Assembly (NCBI GenBank): GCA_964471405.1
Contig: CAYYGH010000002.1
Span: 4,274-68,273, forward strand
Source of the DNA: an uncultured Sphingomonadales bacterium
Lineage (GTDB): Bacteria; Pseudomonadota; Alphaproteobacteria; Sphingomonadales; Rhodothalassiaceae
DNA: 64,000 nucleotides
Reading direction: 5' to 3'
Both the position numbers and the translations under genes were made by a program. Shown in pieces: positions 41,455-52,548 of this stretch (positions are counted from its first letter, which is position 1; every line of letters starts with the position of its first letter). The notes under the pieces are model-generated. The model ran no database searches. It saw only the letters and a program-made list of their open reading frames with translations, and was not told the origin of the DNA.

Positions 41455-41979
41455 CTAGCGCCGGGCACGAAAAAAATCTCGCAGCAATTTGCTGGCCTCG
41501 ACCTCGGCCAGGCCGGGATAGACCTCCGGTCGATGGTGGCAGCTGGACTGCGTGAAGATCCGGGGGCCATGGAGCACGCCCCCGCCCTTCGGATCTTCTG
41601 CTCCGAAATACAGACGGGCAATGCGGGCGAAACTGATCGCCTGGGCGCACATGGGGCAGGGCTCCAGCGTCACGTAAAGAGCAGTGCCCGCAAGCCGCTC
41701 ATTGCCGAGCCGGCGGGCCGCCTCGCGGATGACCAGCATTTCGGCATGGGCTGTCGGATCACGGTCGCGAATCACCCGATTGCCGGCACGGGCGAGCACG
41801 TCGCCTTCCCTGCTGACCAGCACCGCTCCCACCGGCACCTCGCCGGCGGCAGCCGCCTTTCGTGCTTCGGCCAAGGCCCATGCCATCGGTCCGGGCTTCA
41901 CGATATCGCCTCCTGCCAGAGTGCCGCAGCCCTGCCATTGTCCATCACCATAGCGGCAGGTGATGCAAAAATGCATCAC
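41455..41979 (-). CDS. tadA: tRNA adenosine(34) deaminase
   Basis: VPVGAVLV...DPTAHAEMLVIREAA...LYVTLEPCPMCAQAI zinc motifs. An alternative start MAWALAEA at 41886 is possible. Confidence 0.85.
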   Translation of the reverse strand: MMHFCITCRYGDGQWQGCGTLAGGDIVKPGPMAWALAEARKAAAAGEVPVGAVLVSREGDVLARAGNRVIRDRDPTAHAEMLVIREAARRLGNERLAGTALYVTLEPCPMCAQAISFARIARLYFGAEDPKGGGVLHGPRIFTQSSCHHRPEVYPGLAEVEASKLLRDFFRARR

Positions 41980-42005
41980 TTCGCGAAATTCTTGTCGCCA
42001 TGGCT

Positions 42006-42035
42006 GGAAATTCGGCGCAAATATGCCGAAATTCC
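42006..42035. promoter_or_regulatory. near-perfect inverted repeat in the tadA / ompA-like divergent region
   Basis: GGAAATTCGGC-gcaaatat-GCCGAAATTCC, with 10 of 11 positions complementary. Confidence 0.3.
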
Positions 42036-42156
42036 GTCATGCTTCCTCCATGGTCGGATGTCTCCATGGGGGAAGTGGCAGAGCGTTGCCAGCGCAGCGA
42101 TGAAAAGAGGGCGGCAAAGGAGCGTGAGCGTGAGACAGGACAAGGGGGAAAAACCC

Positions 42157-43578
42157 ATGCAGGCGACGACTTCCCGGCGGCAGGCAACCAGATACCTGCC
42201 TCTGCTGACGGCGGTGGCCACTCTGGCGATCGTGGCCGCGACGGCACCCGTGCAGGCGGAAACCGAAGACGGGAACCAATTCTACGTTTCCGCACGCGGC
42301 GGCTTCAATTGGAATCTGGACCAGCGGCTCGTTGGTCAGCGCAACGGCTTCCTGGCCCGCGATGATACCCACAATGGCTGGATGGTGGGTGGCGCCATCG
42401 GCTACGACCTTGATCCCCTGCGCATCGAGGTCGAGTATCTGCATCGCAACAATGATCTTGACATCATCACCGTGGCGAATGACGGCGGGCTTGCCGGCGA
42501 GCTCGGACTCGTCACCCCCAAGGGTGCGAACGTGCTCTCCCGCGGACATGTGAACGCGACCAGCGTGATGGCCAATGCGATCCTGGAGCTCAATCGCAGC
42601 GGTGGACTGCGTCCCTTCTTCGGGCTGGGCGGCGGCTTTGTGGACATCGATTCGGATGCGATCCTCGCCGGCAGCAATCAGCGCCTGATCGGGGGGGATG
42701 ATGTCGTCCTCGGCCTTCAGACGATCGCGGGGCTTGCGGTGAAGATCTCACACAATCTGTCGGCTGAAGTCGGCTATCGCTATCTCGTGACCGACAAGGC
42801 CCAGCTTACTCTGGGCGATGGCCGATTCCTGCGCCGCAAGGCCAAGGACCACAGCCTTCTCTTCGGCATCACCTGGCGTTTCGGCGGCAGCCGGAAAGCC
42901 AGAAGCGCAACTCCTGCCCCGCAGGCCGCACCGGCACCAGCTCCCGCGCCGGCCCCGGCAGCCGCAAACAGGCCGCCGATCGCCCGGGACGACCATTTCA
43001 GCGCGATTGCCGGTCAGGAGACCCGCCTTGATCCCCTGGCCAATGACCGGGATCCGGAGCACAGCGCCCTTACCTTCCTGGCCATTGATCCGCCTGCCCA
43101 TGGCAGTCTGCGCCGGGCGGGGGGCGCGCTCTATTATACGCCGGAGCCCGATTTCCGGGGCGAAGACCGCTTTGCCTATCGTGTCGGCGACGGCCATGGG
43201 GGCGAAGCATCCGCGACGATCACGGTCGATGTCGTGGCGCCCGAGGTCGGTCCCTATCTCGTCTTCTTCGACTTCGACTCGGCTGCCATCAAACCCGAGG
43301 CGGAACCGATCCTCGATCGCGCCGCCAAAGACTATCGCCAGTATGGATTCGCGCGCATCCGGCTGGTCGGCCATGCGGACCGGGCCGGCCCCGACTGGTA
43401 TAATGACCGCCTGTCCCTGCGGCGAGCGGAAGCCGTCAAGAAGGCTCTGGCAGCCCGCGGTGTGCCGGCGGATGCGATGGTGACCATCGGCAAGGGCGAG
43501 CGCGAACCCCTCGTGCCGACGGAAGACGGTGTGCGCGAGCCCCAGAACCGGCGGGTCGAGATCCTCATCGAGGATTGA
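42157..43578 (+). CDS. OmpA family outer-membrane protein with an internal Ig/cadherin-like domain
   Basis: Signal peptide MQATTSRRQATRYLPLLTAVATLAIVAATAPVQA and an N-terminal beta-barrel region ending ..LLFGITWRF. A PAPQAAPAPAPAPAPA linker leads to ARDDHFSAIAGQETRLDPLANDRDPEHSALTF...YTPEPDFRGEDRFAYRVGDGHGGEASATITVDV. The OmpA_C domain follows (FFDFDSAAI...LVGHADRAG...NDRLSLRRAEAV...QNRRVEI). ATG 42157 is preceded by GGGGGAAAAA. Confidence 0.85.
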   Translation: MQATTSRRQATRYLPLLTAVATLAIVAATAPVQAETEDGNQFYVSARGGFNWNLDQRLVGQRNGFLARDDTHNGWMVGGAIGYDLDPLRIEVEYLHRNNDLDIITVANDGGLAGELGLVTPKGANVLSRGHVNATSVMANAILELNRSGGLRPFFGLGGGFVDIDSDAILAGSNQRLIGGDDVVLGLQTIAGLAVKISHNLSAEVGYRYLVTDKAQLTLGDGRFLRRKAKDHSLLFGITWRFGGSRKARSATPAPQAAPAPAPAPAPAAANRPPIARDDHFSAIAGQETRLDPLANDRDPEHSALTFLAIDPPAHGSLRRAGGALYYTPEPDFRGEDRFAYRVGDGHGGEASATITVDVVAPEVGPYLVFFDFDSAAIKPEAEPILDRAAKDYRQYGFARIRLVGHADRAGPDWYNDRLSLRRAEAVKKALAARGVPADAMVTIGKGEREPLVPTEDGVREPQNRRVEILIED

Positions 43579-43665
43579 CCGCAGCTGCAGGTCCCGGGCA
43601 GCGCGCCCGAAAAGGCCGGCGGCGAGCTTTTCTGCCCCTTTGGGGCAGGGGACTCGGTTGGCGGC

Positions 43666-44235
43666 TCATTCGTCTGCCACCAGGGGCCCGGCAGAACCGG
43701 GACAGGTGGCCAGCGGAGGCTGCAGCCGGACCGGCATCATGTCGGTAAACAGATCGAGCGGCGCATCGGGAACCGCCCGGATCGCCCGGGCCAGGGCGGC
43801 CGAGCGGGCACAGAAATCGGGCTCCTCCAGAGCCTGCCGGGTGACACGATTGGCGATTTCGGTCACCAGTCGATCGACCGCCCCCGCCCCGCCCATGCGG
43901 GCGGCAGCGCGGCGGAAATGCTCGGCCGCCTGCCTGAGTTCCGCCCGGCGCGTCCGGACAATTTCGTTATAAAGCGCCACATGCCCATCGGCCCGGCGCC
44001 CCCGGCAGGAGAGAGCGGCCACCATCAACTGGGTCTGCAGGACGCGGACTCGCCAGCCGTGACTTTGTGCGGGATCAAGGCACAGGGGCGCCCGCGCCTG
44101 CTCATCCACGCCGGCCGCCCGGAGAGAGGAAGGCGAGCCACCCCACAGCAGCACGCCAGCGAGCAGGATCATCCCCCACAGGGCACCCGGCCGGCCGCAA
44201 TGCCTGATCATTTCTCGTCCGATGCCGGTCATCAT
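43666..44235 (-). CDS. hypothetical secreted protein
   Basis: 189-aa ORF with signal-like ALWGMILLAGVLLWGG and four spaced Cys. Codon usage looks native. No family recognised; start uncertain. Confidence 0.5.
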   Translation of the reverse strand: MMTGIGREMIRHCGRPGALWGMILLAGVLLWGGSPSSLRAAGVDEQARAPLCLDPAQSHGWRVRVLQTQLMVAALSCRGRRADGHVALYNEIVRTRRAELRQAAEHFRRAAARMGGAGAVDRLVTEIANRVTRQALEEPDFCARSAALARAIRAVPDAPLDLFTDMMPVRLQPPLATCPGSAGPLVADE

Positions 44236-44448
44236 CTCGTCATCCTACGCCGGATGGTCCGATCCCGCCAAGCCCCTCTCCCGCGACGGCACATCCCTCC
44301 CGCGCCATGCCGATTTCACACCACCACGATGGCCGGCAGGATGTTAAGAAAGAATGGGTGAAAGCGACGGGTTTGTCCGGCCTTTTCGCAAAAGACGCTC
44401 CCATCGCATGCGGGACGGCCGCCCATTCTTCGGGCAGGCGGCCGCGGC

Positions 44449-44964
44449 CTATTCTTCCGGTCGCAGGATCGCGAGCCAGCGCCGGACGCGCCGCTGCTGG
44501 CGGGCATGATCCGCTCCCCAACCCATGGCGGTGCTGTAGATCGCAAGAGCCGTGCGCCCGTCCGGTTGCCCGGCCATCCGCACCACGACGACATCGGGCA
44601 CGGCCTTGCCCGGTACCGTGACCCGAAAGCGCCATTGCCGACCATCGGGCGAGATATCAATGAGGGTCACCTCCGGCGACTGGTCGATGAAGGCGAACAG
44701 GCGCCGCCGCAACTCCTCGGTCGGCAGGTCCACGGGCTCGATGACCAGATCAATCGTCCCGGCCGCGCACAGCCCCGGCGTGCAGGCCAGCACGCCCCTC
44801 TTCTCCGCAGCCGGAAGATGGCGCAGATCCATCTCGGGCAGAGGCCTGCGCGGCAGCCAGGCGGCGAAACGCTCCGGCCCGGCGATCAGCAGGACGCCGC
44901 CAAGCAGCAGCACCGCCAGGCTGAGCAGGATCGCGATCCGCACAAGACTGCCAAGTCGATCCAT
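44449..44964 (-). CDS. DUF1499-like membrane-anchored protein
   Basis: N-terminal TM, then FIDQSPEVTLIDISPDG..WRFRVTVPGKAVPDVVVVRMA...ALAIYSTAMGWGADHARQQRRVRRWL, which resembles the DUF1499 pattern. Weak call. Confidence 0.45.
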   Translation of the reverse strand: MDRLGSLVRIAILLSLAVLLLGGVLLIAGPERFAAWLPRRPLPEMDLRHLPAAEKRGVLACTPGLCAAGTIDLVIEPVDLPTEELRRRLFAFIDQSPEVTLIDISPDGRQWRFRVTVPGKAVPDVVVVRMAGQPDGRTALAIYSTAMGWGADHARQQRRVRRWLAILRPEE

Positions 44965-45064
44965 TGATCATCCCTGCTGCCTGATGAGGGGCACTGCGAT
45001 GCCCTCTCATCCGCCTAGGCGGGATGATGGCGGCCGTCAAGCGCCGCCGCTCAACCGGCACCGT

Positions 45065-46261
45065 CTAAGCCGCCAGCAGCATCTTGGCGAGAATGTTGCG
45101 CTGAATTTCGTTCGAGCCTCCATAGATCGTGGCCGCACGGGAGAACAGGAAATGCTGGATGAGGCCCGCCGTGCCCTCCGGGCCGATCGCAGGCAGATTG
45201 CGACGGTCCTCGCCATATCCTTCCGGATAGGCCAGCGCATAGCGGCCCAGAACATCCATCGCAAATTCCGAAAGAGCCTGCTGCAGCTCGGTGCCGCGGA
45301 CCTTGAGGATCGACGGTTCAATGCCCCGCGCCTGGCCGCGCATCTGGAGATCAAGAAAGCGCAATTCCGTAAATTCCAGGGCCAGCACATCCGCTTCCAG
45401 CCGCGCCAGGCGCCGGCGCCAGACCGGATTGTCGATGAGCGGGCGTTCGCCCTCCTTCAGACTCTCCAGAAGACGCCGCAGGCGCCCCAGCATCCGCTTC
45501 TTCGAACCGATGTCCGCAATGGCCTGCCGTTCATGAGCAAGCAGGAATTTGGCAATGCTCCAGCCCCGCCCCTCCTGTCCGACGCGGTTTTCCACCGGCA
45601 CCCGGACATCCGAAAAACTCACCTCATTGACATGGTGAAAACCGTCGATCGTGATGATCGGACTGACCGTGATCCCCGGTGTCTTCATGTCCACGAGCAG
45701 GAAGGTAATGCCCTCCTGCCGCTTTTCCTCCCGCGAGGTGCGAGCCAGAAGAAAGATCCAGTCCGCCCAGTGAGCCATCGTCGTCCACAGCTTGGTGCCG
45801 TTGATGACGTATTCGTCTCCCTCGCGGCGGGCGCTCGTCGCAAGCGCGGCGAGATCCGATCCGGCCCCGGGTTCCGAAAACCCCTGCGCCCACCAGATCT
45901 CCGAGCGCAGAATCCGGGGCAGATGATAGGCCTTCTGTTCGGCCGTCCCGAAGGTGTAGATGACGGGCCCGACCATGTTGAGCCCGAAGGGAATGGGGCG
46001 CGGCGCACCGGCCAGCCCCATCTCCACATGGAAGATGTACTGACGCGCCGCATCCCAGCCACAGCCGCCGTATTCCTTCGGCCAGTGGGGAGCAATCCAC
46101 CCCTTCTCATAAAGGATGCGCTGCCAGCGGACGATATCCTCCTTCGCCAGTGGCACTCCCCGCTCGACCCGCTCGCGGATGTCCGCAGGCAGTGCCGTCG
46201 CGAAAAAGTCCCGCACCTCTTCACGAAAGGATTCCAGTTCAGGGCCGAAGGTCAGGTCCAT
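45065..46261 (-). CDS. acyl-CoA dehydrogenase family protein
   Basis: MDLTFGPELESFREEVRDF...WCQGFSEPGAGSDLA-type motif (WAQGFSEPGAGSDLAAL)...YGGSNEIQRNILAK. Confidence 0.9.
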   Translation of the reverse strand: MDLTFGPELESFREEVRDFFATALPADIRERVERGVPLAKEDIVRWQRILYEKGWIAPHWPKEYGGCGWDAARQYIFHVEMGLAGAPRPIPFGLNMVGPVIYTFGTAEQKAYHLPRILRSEIWWAQGFSEPGAGSDLAALATSARREGDEYVINGTKLWTTMAHWADWIFLLARTSREEKRQEGITFLLVDMKTPGITVSPIITIDGFHHVNEVSFSDVRVPVENRVGQEGRGWSIAKFLLAHERQAIADIGSKKRMLGRLRRLLESLKEGERPLIDNPVWRRRLARLEADVLALEFTELRFLDLQMRGQARGIEPSILKVRGTELQQALSEFAMDVLGRYALAYPEGYGEDRRNLPAIGPEGTAGLIQHFLFSRAATIYGGSNEIQRNILAKMLLAA

Positions 46262-46371
46262 CGCCCCGCTCCTCCTCACGCCACAGACCCGCGCGGCACT
46301 GCCAGGCGGCCACTGACAGGATCGGACTGCCCGCCATCCCGCGCAGATTGCGCGGCTGTTCCAAACGCGTT

Positions 46372-46665
46372 CTAAAGTGAGCCGGCCAGCTGCATCGCGA
46401 GCCCCATGTTGCCCTCGATCTTCAGCTTGCCCATCATGAAGGCCATCTGCGCGTTCTGCTTGCCCTCCATGATGTCCCGGAAATCGCTTTCGGAGACCTT
46501 GATGGTGCAGTCGGCCGGACCGTCGGTATTGTCCACCACCGCCGGCGTCTGGGTGCCGTCAATACGGATGACACCGGCATCCCCCAGGTCAAACTTCAGC
46601 ACCCCTCCGATCGATGCGCCTCCCACGCGCGCTCGCACGGCCTCCGTCAGGTCCTCGATCCCCAT
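46372..46665 (-). CDS. SCP2 sterol-binding domain protein
   Basis: VLKFDLGDAGVIRIDG...DCTIKVSESDFRDIMEGKQNAQMAFMMGKLKIEGNMGLAMQL is a canonical SCP2 fold signature. Start at MGIEDL. Confidence 0.8.
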   Translation of the reverse strand: MGIEDLTEAVRARVGGASIGGVLKFDLGDAGVIRIDGTQTPAVVDNTDGPADCTIKVSESDFRDIMEGKQNAQMAFMMGKLKIEGNMGLAMQLAGSL

Positions 46666-46941
46666 GTCCTGTTCTCCTTCTTCCCTGGTCTGTTGCCCTC
46701 TCGTCTCGCCCCGGCCCTGCCGCGAGATCGGCAAGAAGTCATACCGGGCCGGGGACTGAGACTAGCAGCTTGGCCCATGAGAGCAAGCCCGCACGGCACC
46801 CCGAAAGGGACAGGCACAGCTCCCGGATTCGGGCCGGGATGACCGAACCGCATCCCGACCGGATCGCGATTCCGTGAATGGCTGCGGCGACTTGCATATC
46901 GTTAAGAAAACTGAAACGATGTCGGCCACCAAATTGGCAGC

Positions 46942-48216
46942 TTGCGACGGCGCACTGCGGTCTGCGCCTGTCATTTCGGCACAGGGAAAGGGCGGCGCGT
47001 GGCTCCTTCGCCACAGGATGATTCAATTCGATTCAAGCCTCTCGAAATCCCGAAGGCCGAGGTGCGCGCCGCCGGCATCGGTCTCTTCGATGCGATCTTC
47101 GAGGAAAGTCTTGCTCCGATCTTTCTGCTTGATCTCGATCTCGGCACCCACACGCTTACGATCGGAGATTGCAATTCCGCCGCCCTGCGCATTCTCGGAC
47201 TCCGACGCCAGGACAAGCGCAAGCTCATGGGCCGCAATGTCTTGACACTGTTTACCCGCGACGGGCTGGCGGATGCCCAGGGCCTGCGTCGGGCCCTCAT
47301 CCGGCATCAGGCATTTACCGGTGAGGGGCAGCTGCAGGGCCCGGACGGTTCTCCCATTGCCTGCCGCCTCGTCTTCCGCCCCTTCGGGGGGCGCGGCACG
47401 CCGCTGCGGTATGTCGCAATCATGCATCCCTTAAGCACCAATCTCGAAGCCCAGATAGAGGCGCTGACCGCCGAGCTCCTGGCGGCCCGCACCGCCCGCG
47501 AGCGCATGCTGGCGCGGCTGAGCCACGATCTGCGCACGCCGCTCAACGGCATTCTCGGTCTGTCCGAAATTCTCCAGAATCCAGCCCTCGTGCAACTCGA
47601 CGAAAAGACCCGCACGGCCTATGCGCGTGACATCCATTCGGCCGGCCGCGAGCTGCTGTTCCGGATCGAGGACATGCTCGCAGCAGCCGTGGCCGATGAT
47701 CCGCAGCGCTACGCCCTCAAGGAGACGAAGATCCACCTCGAAGCGCTGGTGCGGCGGGTCGCGAAACGTTTCTTCGATGCGAAGGATGTCGGCCGGATCG
47801 TCTTCGCCGTGGAAGCCGGCATCGGCCCCGTGCTTGCGGATGAAGAGCTTGTCGAGAAGATGACGGAAGCCCTCTTTGACAACGCCCTTCGCGCCGCGCC
47901 GCCGGATACGCCGATCCGCTGCCGCATCGGGCGCACCGCAGAGGGCGGTGTCTATCTCGCCATCGAAGATCGCGGTGTGCCGCTGGAGTTGGCCGAGGTC
48001 GAACGTGCAATAGCCGCCCTCGAAGAGGAATCGGACGTCTACAGTGCCCCTTCCCGGCGGCTGACGGCCGGCCTGCCCATGGCCAAGGCCTATATCGAGC
48101 TCCACGGCGGGCGCATGGAGCTCGGCCCCCTTGCGCCCTCGCCGCGGGACGGGAAACCGGCGGGCGGCCATGTGACCCGGCTGATCTTCCCGCCCAATCG
48201 CTATCGCGGGCGATAG
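46942..48216 (+). CDS. soluble PAS-domain sensor histidine kinase (no partner regulator nearby)
   Basis: PAS-like LFDAIFEESLAPIFLLD..., H-box RLSHDLRTPLNGILG, N-box LFDNALRAAP, G-boxes IEDRGVPL and GLPMAKAYIELHGG. Start is either TTG 46942 or GTG 46999, the latter preceded by GGGAAAGGG. Confidence 0.8.
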   Translation: MRRRTAVCACHFGTGKGRRVAPSPQDDSIRFKPLEIPKAEVRAAGIGLFDAIFEESLAPIFLLDLDLGTHTLTIGDCNSAALRILGLRRQDKRKLMGRNVLTLFTRDGLADAQGLRRALIRHQAFTGEGQLQGPDGSPIACRLVFRPFGGRGTPLRYVAIMHPLSTNLEAQIEALTAELLAARTARERMLARLSHDLRTPLNGILGLSEILQNPALVQLDEKTRTAYARDIHSAGRELLFRIEDMLAAAVADDPQRYALKETKIHLEALVRRVAKRFFDAKDVGRIVFAVEAGIGPVLADEELVEKMTEALFDNALRAAPPDTPIRCRIGRTAEGGVYLAIEDRGVPLELAEVERAIAALEEESDVYSAPSRRLTAGLPMAKAYIELHGGRMELGPLAPSPRDGKPAGGHVTRLIFPPNRYRGR

Positions 48217-48279
48217 ACGGACGCACACCCCGGCGGACCGCCGCTCCGCCGCCCATCCCTTGCAACAAAACGCAACGCC

Positions 48280-49981
<1,702 letters not shown>

Positions 49982-49985
<4 letters not shown>

Positions 49986-50803
49986 GAACCCGTGGCCGCG
50001 GAAGCCTGTTCTTCGCGCGCCTTGAGGGCACGTTCTGAAATGGCAAAGAAGCTCAAGTTGTCGACATCGATCGGCCCGTAGGGGTAGTCGAGCTCCACGA
50101 TCGCCGCTGAAACGCCCAGATTGCGCCCGACCCGGCGGATGAGACCGTCCAGAGTGACGGCCTTCAGCTTGTAAAGCAGGAAGGGCATGATCCCGCAGCT
50201 TTTGAGGATCCGCCAGTGGCGCTTGCCGAACTGGCCGCCCGAGCGGAACACCTCTACGGATCGCAAAGCCCGCTCATTGCGCAGGCCATAGAGATTGGTG
50301 GCCGACCAGCCGCCATCCCGCAGCCGATGGTAGGCCAGTCCGACATCCGGAAACTCCCGTTTGACCGTCTCCTCGCGGGTAAAGCCGATGGCCACGTCCT
50401 CCTGACCGGCCAGAAAGGCGGAAACGAAGTCACGCACCAGTTCGGGCGTCTGGAGAGCATTATCGCCGGTCAGCACCAGCAGCGGAAAGGGGTTCGCTAT
50501 CCGGCGGACGGCTGCCAGAACCGAGTCGGCCAGATTGCCTTCGGACGGCACCCAGCAGATCCGGCCCGTCTCCAGCCAGGACTCAAGCCGGGGGGTCGCT
50601 CGCAGATGATCGGCCGTTTCGATCGAAATCCAGATCTCGCCCACAAGTCCGCTGTCGATGAGCGAGTCGATCACCCGCTCCAGCATCACCTTGCCTGCAA
50701 TGGGAGCAAGACATTTGTGGGAAACTCCGGCCTGGCGCGCGACCGGATCATCCGCCCCCTTGCGGCTGGCCGCCAGCACGAGGGCCGTCACCTTGTCCGT
50801 CAT
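49982..50803 (-). CDS. nucleotidyltransferase family protein (MobA-like NTP-transferase fold)
   Basis: N-terminal ALVLAASRKG...KCLAPIAGKVMLERVIDSL and LVLTGDNAL resemble GT-A/MobA-type NTP transferases. Substrate unknown. Confidence 0.65.
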
Positions 50804-50867
50804 GACCAGATCTTTCCTCCGGTTTTCCTCCTCGGCCCAGGGGCGACAACGCCTCGGACGGTTCCCG

Positions 50868-52334
50868 TCACTCCGCCAGCGCGCAGGCCAATGGTGCCAT
50901 CAGCGTGCCGACATGGTCGAGCTCGCGAAACTCCTCAAGCGCCGCCCGCACCCATTTGATGCGATCCGGCGGGAGCACGCCCGTGACACATTCCTCGAAT
51001 TTGCGCCAGTAGACCTCATCGGGAAACGGCTTCCATTTCGACCCCTCCGGCCACTCCCGCTCTTCGACGAGCTCGCGCCCGTCAGCGAGCCGCACCGTGA
51101 CCCGCGTCGGCGTCTCGCCCTCAAGCCCCTCAACCGGCTCGCGCACCACCTTGGCCATCGCCGCGCGGACCGTCGGATCCTGCACCGCCTCATCCGTAAA
51201 CTCGGGAATGCCGGCGCGGCGCCGCACCAGAAGGCTGGCGAGTGCATATTCGAGTGAGAACTTCGCCTCCAGACCTGTCGCCGGCTCGCGATACATCAGA
51301 TTGTTGAGATGCACGGCCGGTGCCCGCACGATGATCCGCTCCACGTCATCCGCCGTAAAGCCATGCGCGTCCATGAGATACAGCAGGGCATCCATCGCCC
51401 TGTGCGCACTGCCACAATTCGGGAACCGCTTGACCCGGAATCCATGTTCGAGAATGAGCAGAGGTTCCCCTACCTTCTCCGTTTCAAACCGCATGGTCTG
51501 GCCATGATCGACATGGGTGAGACCGTCTCGCAAGGCCTCGAAATCCGGACCGACCATGAGCCGCTGCATGCCGTGAGGACCGTCAAGCACCCCAAGGCCG
51601 GCCGTCAGCCCCCCTTCGGCCAGACGGGCCGCAATGATCCCGGCCTTGGCGGCAAGACCGGCGTGAAGCGGCTTGGTCATCGTTCCGAACTGGGACATGA
51701 ACCCCGCCGCCTGCGAGACGGCAATGGACAGAGCAAAGGCAGCACGCTCGGCATCGAGTCTGAGCAGCCGGGCGCATGCCGCCGCGGCCCCAATGGCACC
51801 GGTCGTCGCTGTCGCATGCCAGCCGCGATTGCGGTGGTGGGGGTTGATCCCCTGCCCCACCCGGCCCTGGATCTGCAGCCCGACGATATAGGCATCGAGC
51901 GCCTGCGCCCCGCCCAGTCCCAGCTCTTCCGCCAGTGACAGGATCGCCGGGGCCAGAACGGTGGTGGCATGCGCCTTGGGCGGGTCGAAATTGTCGTCAT
52001 AATCGAGCGCATGGCCGGCCGTGCCATTCACCAGCGCGGCCCAGGGCGCAGCCAGCCTTGCCGGATGACCGACGGCGGTGGACGGCCCAAGCCCCCAGCG
52101 TGCCGCCGTGCGGCGCACGATGGCGGTGGCCGGCTCACGCGCGCCGGCGATGGTGACTGCAATCTGGTCGATGAATTCCCGATGCGCCGAGTGCCAGGCC
52201 TCCTCGGGCCAGACGGGCGGCACCAGCGCAATCCATTCCCCGAAGGCCTGAAGCGGATTGCGACCAGCGGCCGATGTCTGCGCCCTTTCCGCGGCGGACG
52301 CCACATCTCCACGTCCTGTCATGTCCTCGTTCAT
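50868..52334 (-). CDS. MmgE/PrpD family protein
   Basis: 488 aa. AGHALDYDD..., HATATTGAIGAAAA and FSLEYALA are typical of the 2-methylcitrate dehydratase-like family. Confidence 0.85.
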   Translation of the reverse strand: MNEDMTGRGDVASAAERAQTSAAGRNPLQAFGEWIALVPPVWPEEAWHSAHREFIDQIAVTIAGAREPATAIVRRTAARWGLGPSTAVGHPARLAAPWAALVNGTAGHALDYDDNFDPPKAHATTVLAPAILSLAEELGLGGAQALDAYIVGLQIQGRVGQGINPHHRNRGWHATATTGAIGAAAACARLLRLDAERAAFALSIAVSQAAGFMSQFGTMTKPLHAGLAAKAGIIAARLAEGGLTAGLGVLDGPHGMQRLMVGPDFEALRDGLTHVDHGQTMRFETEKVGEPLLILEHGFRVKRFPNCGSAHRAMDALLYLMDAHGFTADDVERIIVRAPAVHLNNLMYREPATGLEAKFSLEYALASLLVRRRAGIPEFTDEAVQDPTVRAAMAKVVREPVEGLEGETPTRVTVRLADGRELVEEREWPEGSKWKPFPDEVYWRKFEECVTGVLPPDRIKWVRAALEEFRELDHVGTLMAPLACALAE

Positions 52335-52548
52335 GATTGTTCCAAACTCCCACAGGCGCCGCTTCGGCGATCCCCGCCTCCTGGCGGCGATCCGCCGGGC
52401 TCATCTCTTGCCCGGTCGCTCATATAGACCCTCGCACAGGTCAGGAAAAGATGTCGCGGGGGCTTGCGGAGGCTGCCCCAATCCGGCCACAGTTTCGCCC
52501 CACATAGGAAAAGAAGTCGCCAACCGGCGAGGGATCGACCGCAGGACC

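Noticed and set aside
40144-42156. N-terminal ~670 codons of the 1144-aa plus-strand ORF (40144-43578)
   Set aside because: This part runs antisense to the well-supported mscS-like and tadA genes. Its translation is Arg/Gly/Pro/His-rich junk, typical of stop-free antisense frames in high-GC DNA. The real gene starts at ATG 42157, which has an RBS and a signal peptide.
42901-42970. CCGGCACCAGCTCCCGCGCCGGCCCCGGCA low-complexity DNA
   Set aside because: It is the coding sequence of the Pro-Ala linker of the OmpA-family protein, not an independent DNA repeat.
43632-43648. Perfect hairpin CTGCCCC-ttt-GGGGCAG between the convergent ompA-like and hypothetical genes, considered as a terminator
   Set aside because: The stem is stable, but no U-tract follows it on either strand. 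On the plus strand the T-run precedes it and on the minus strand an A-run follows. Not annotated as an intrinsic terminator.
44552-46375. 607-aa plus-strand ORF
   Set aside because: Antisense to the DUF1499-like and acyl-CoA dehydrogenase genes. Junk-like composition.
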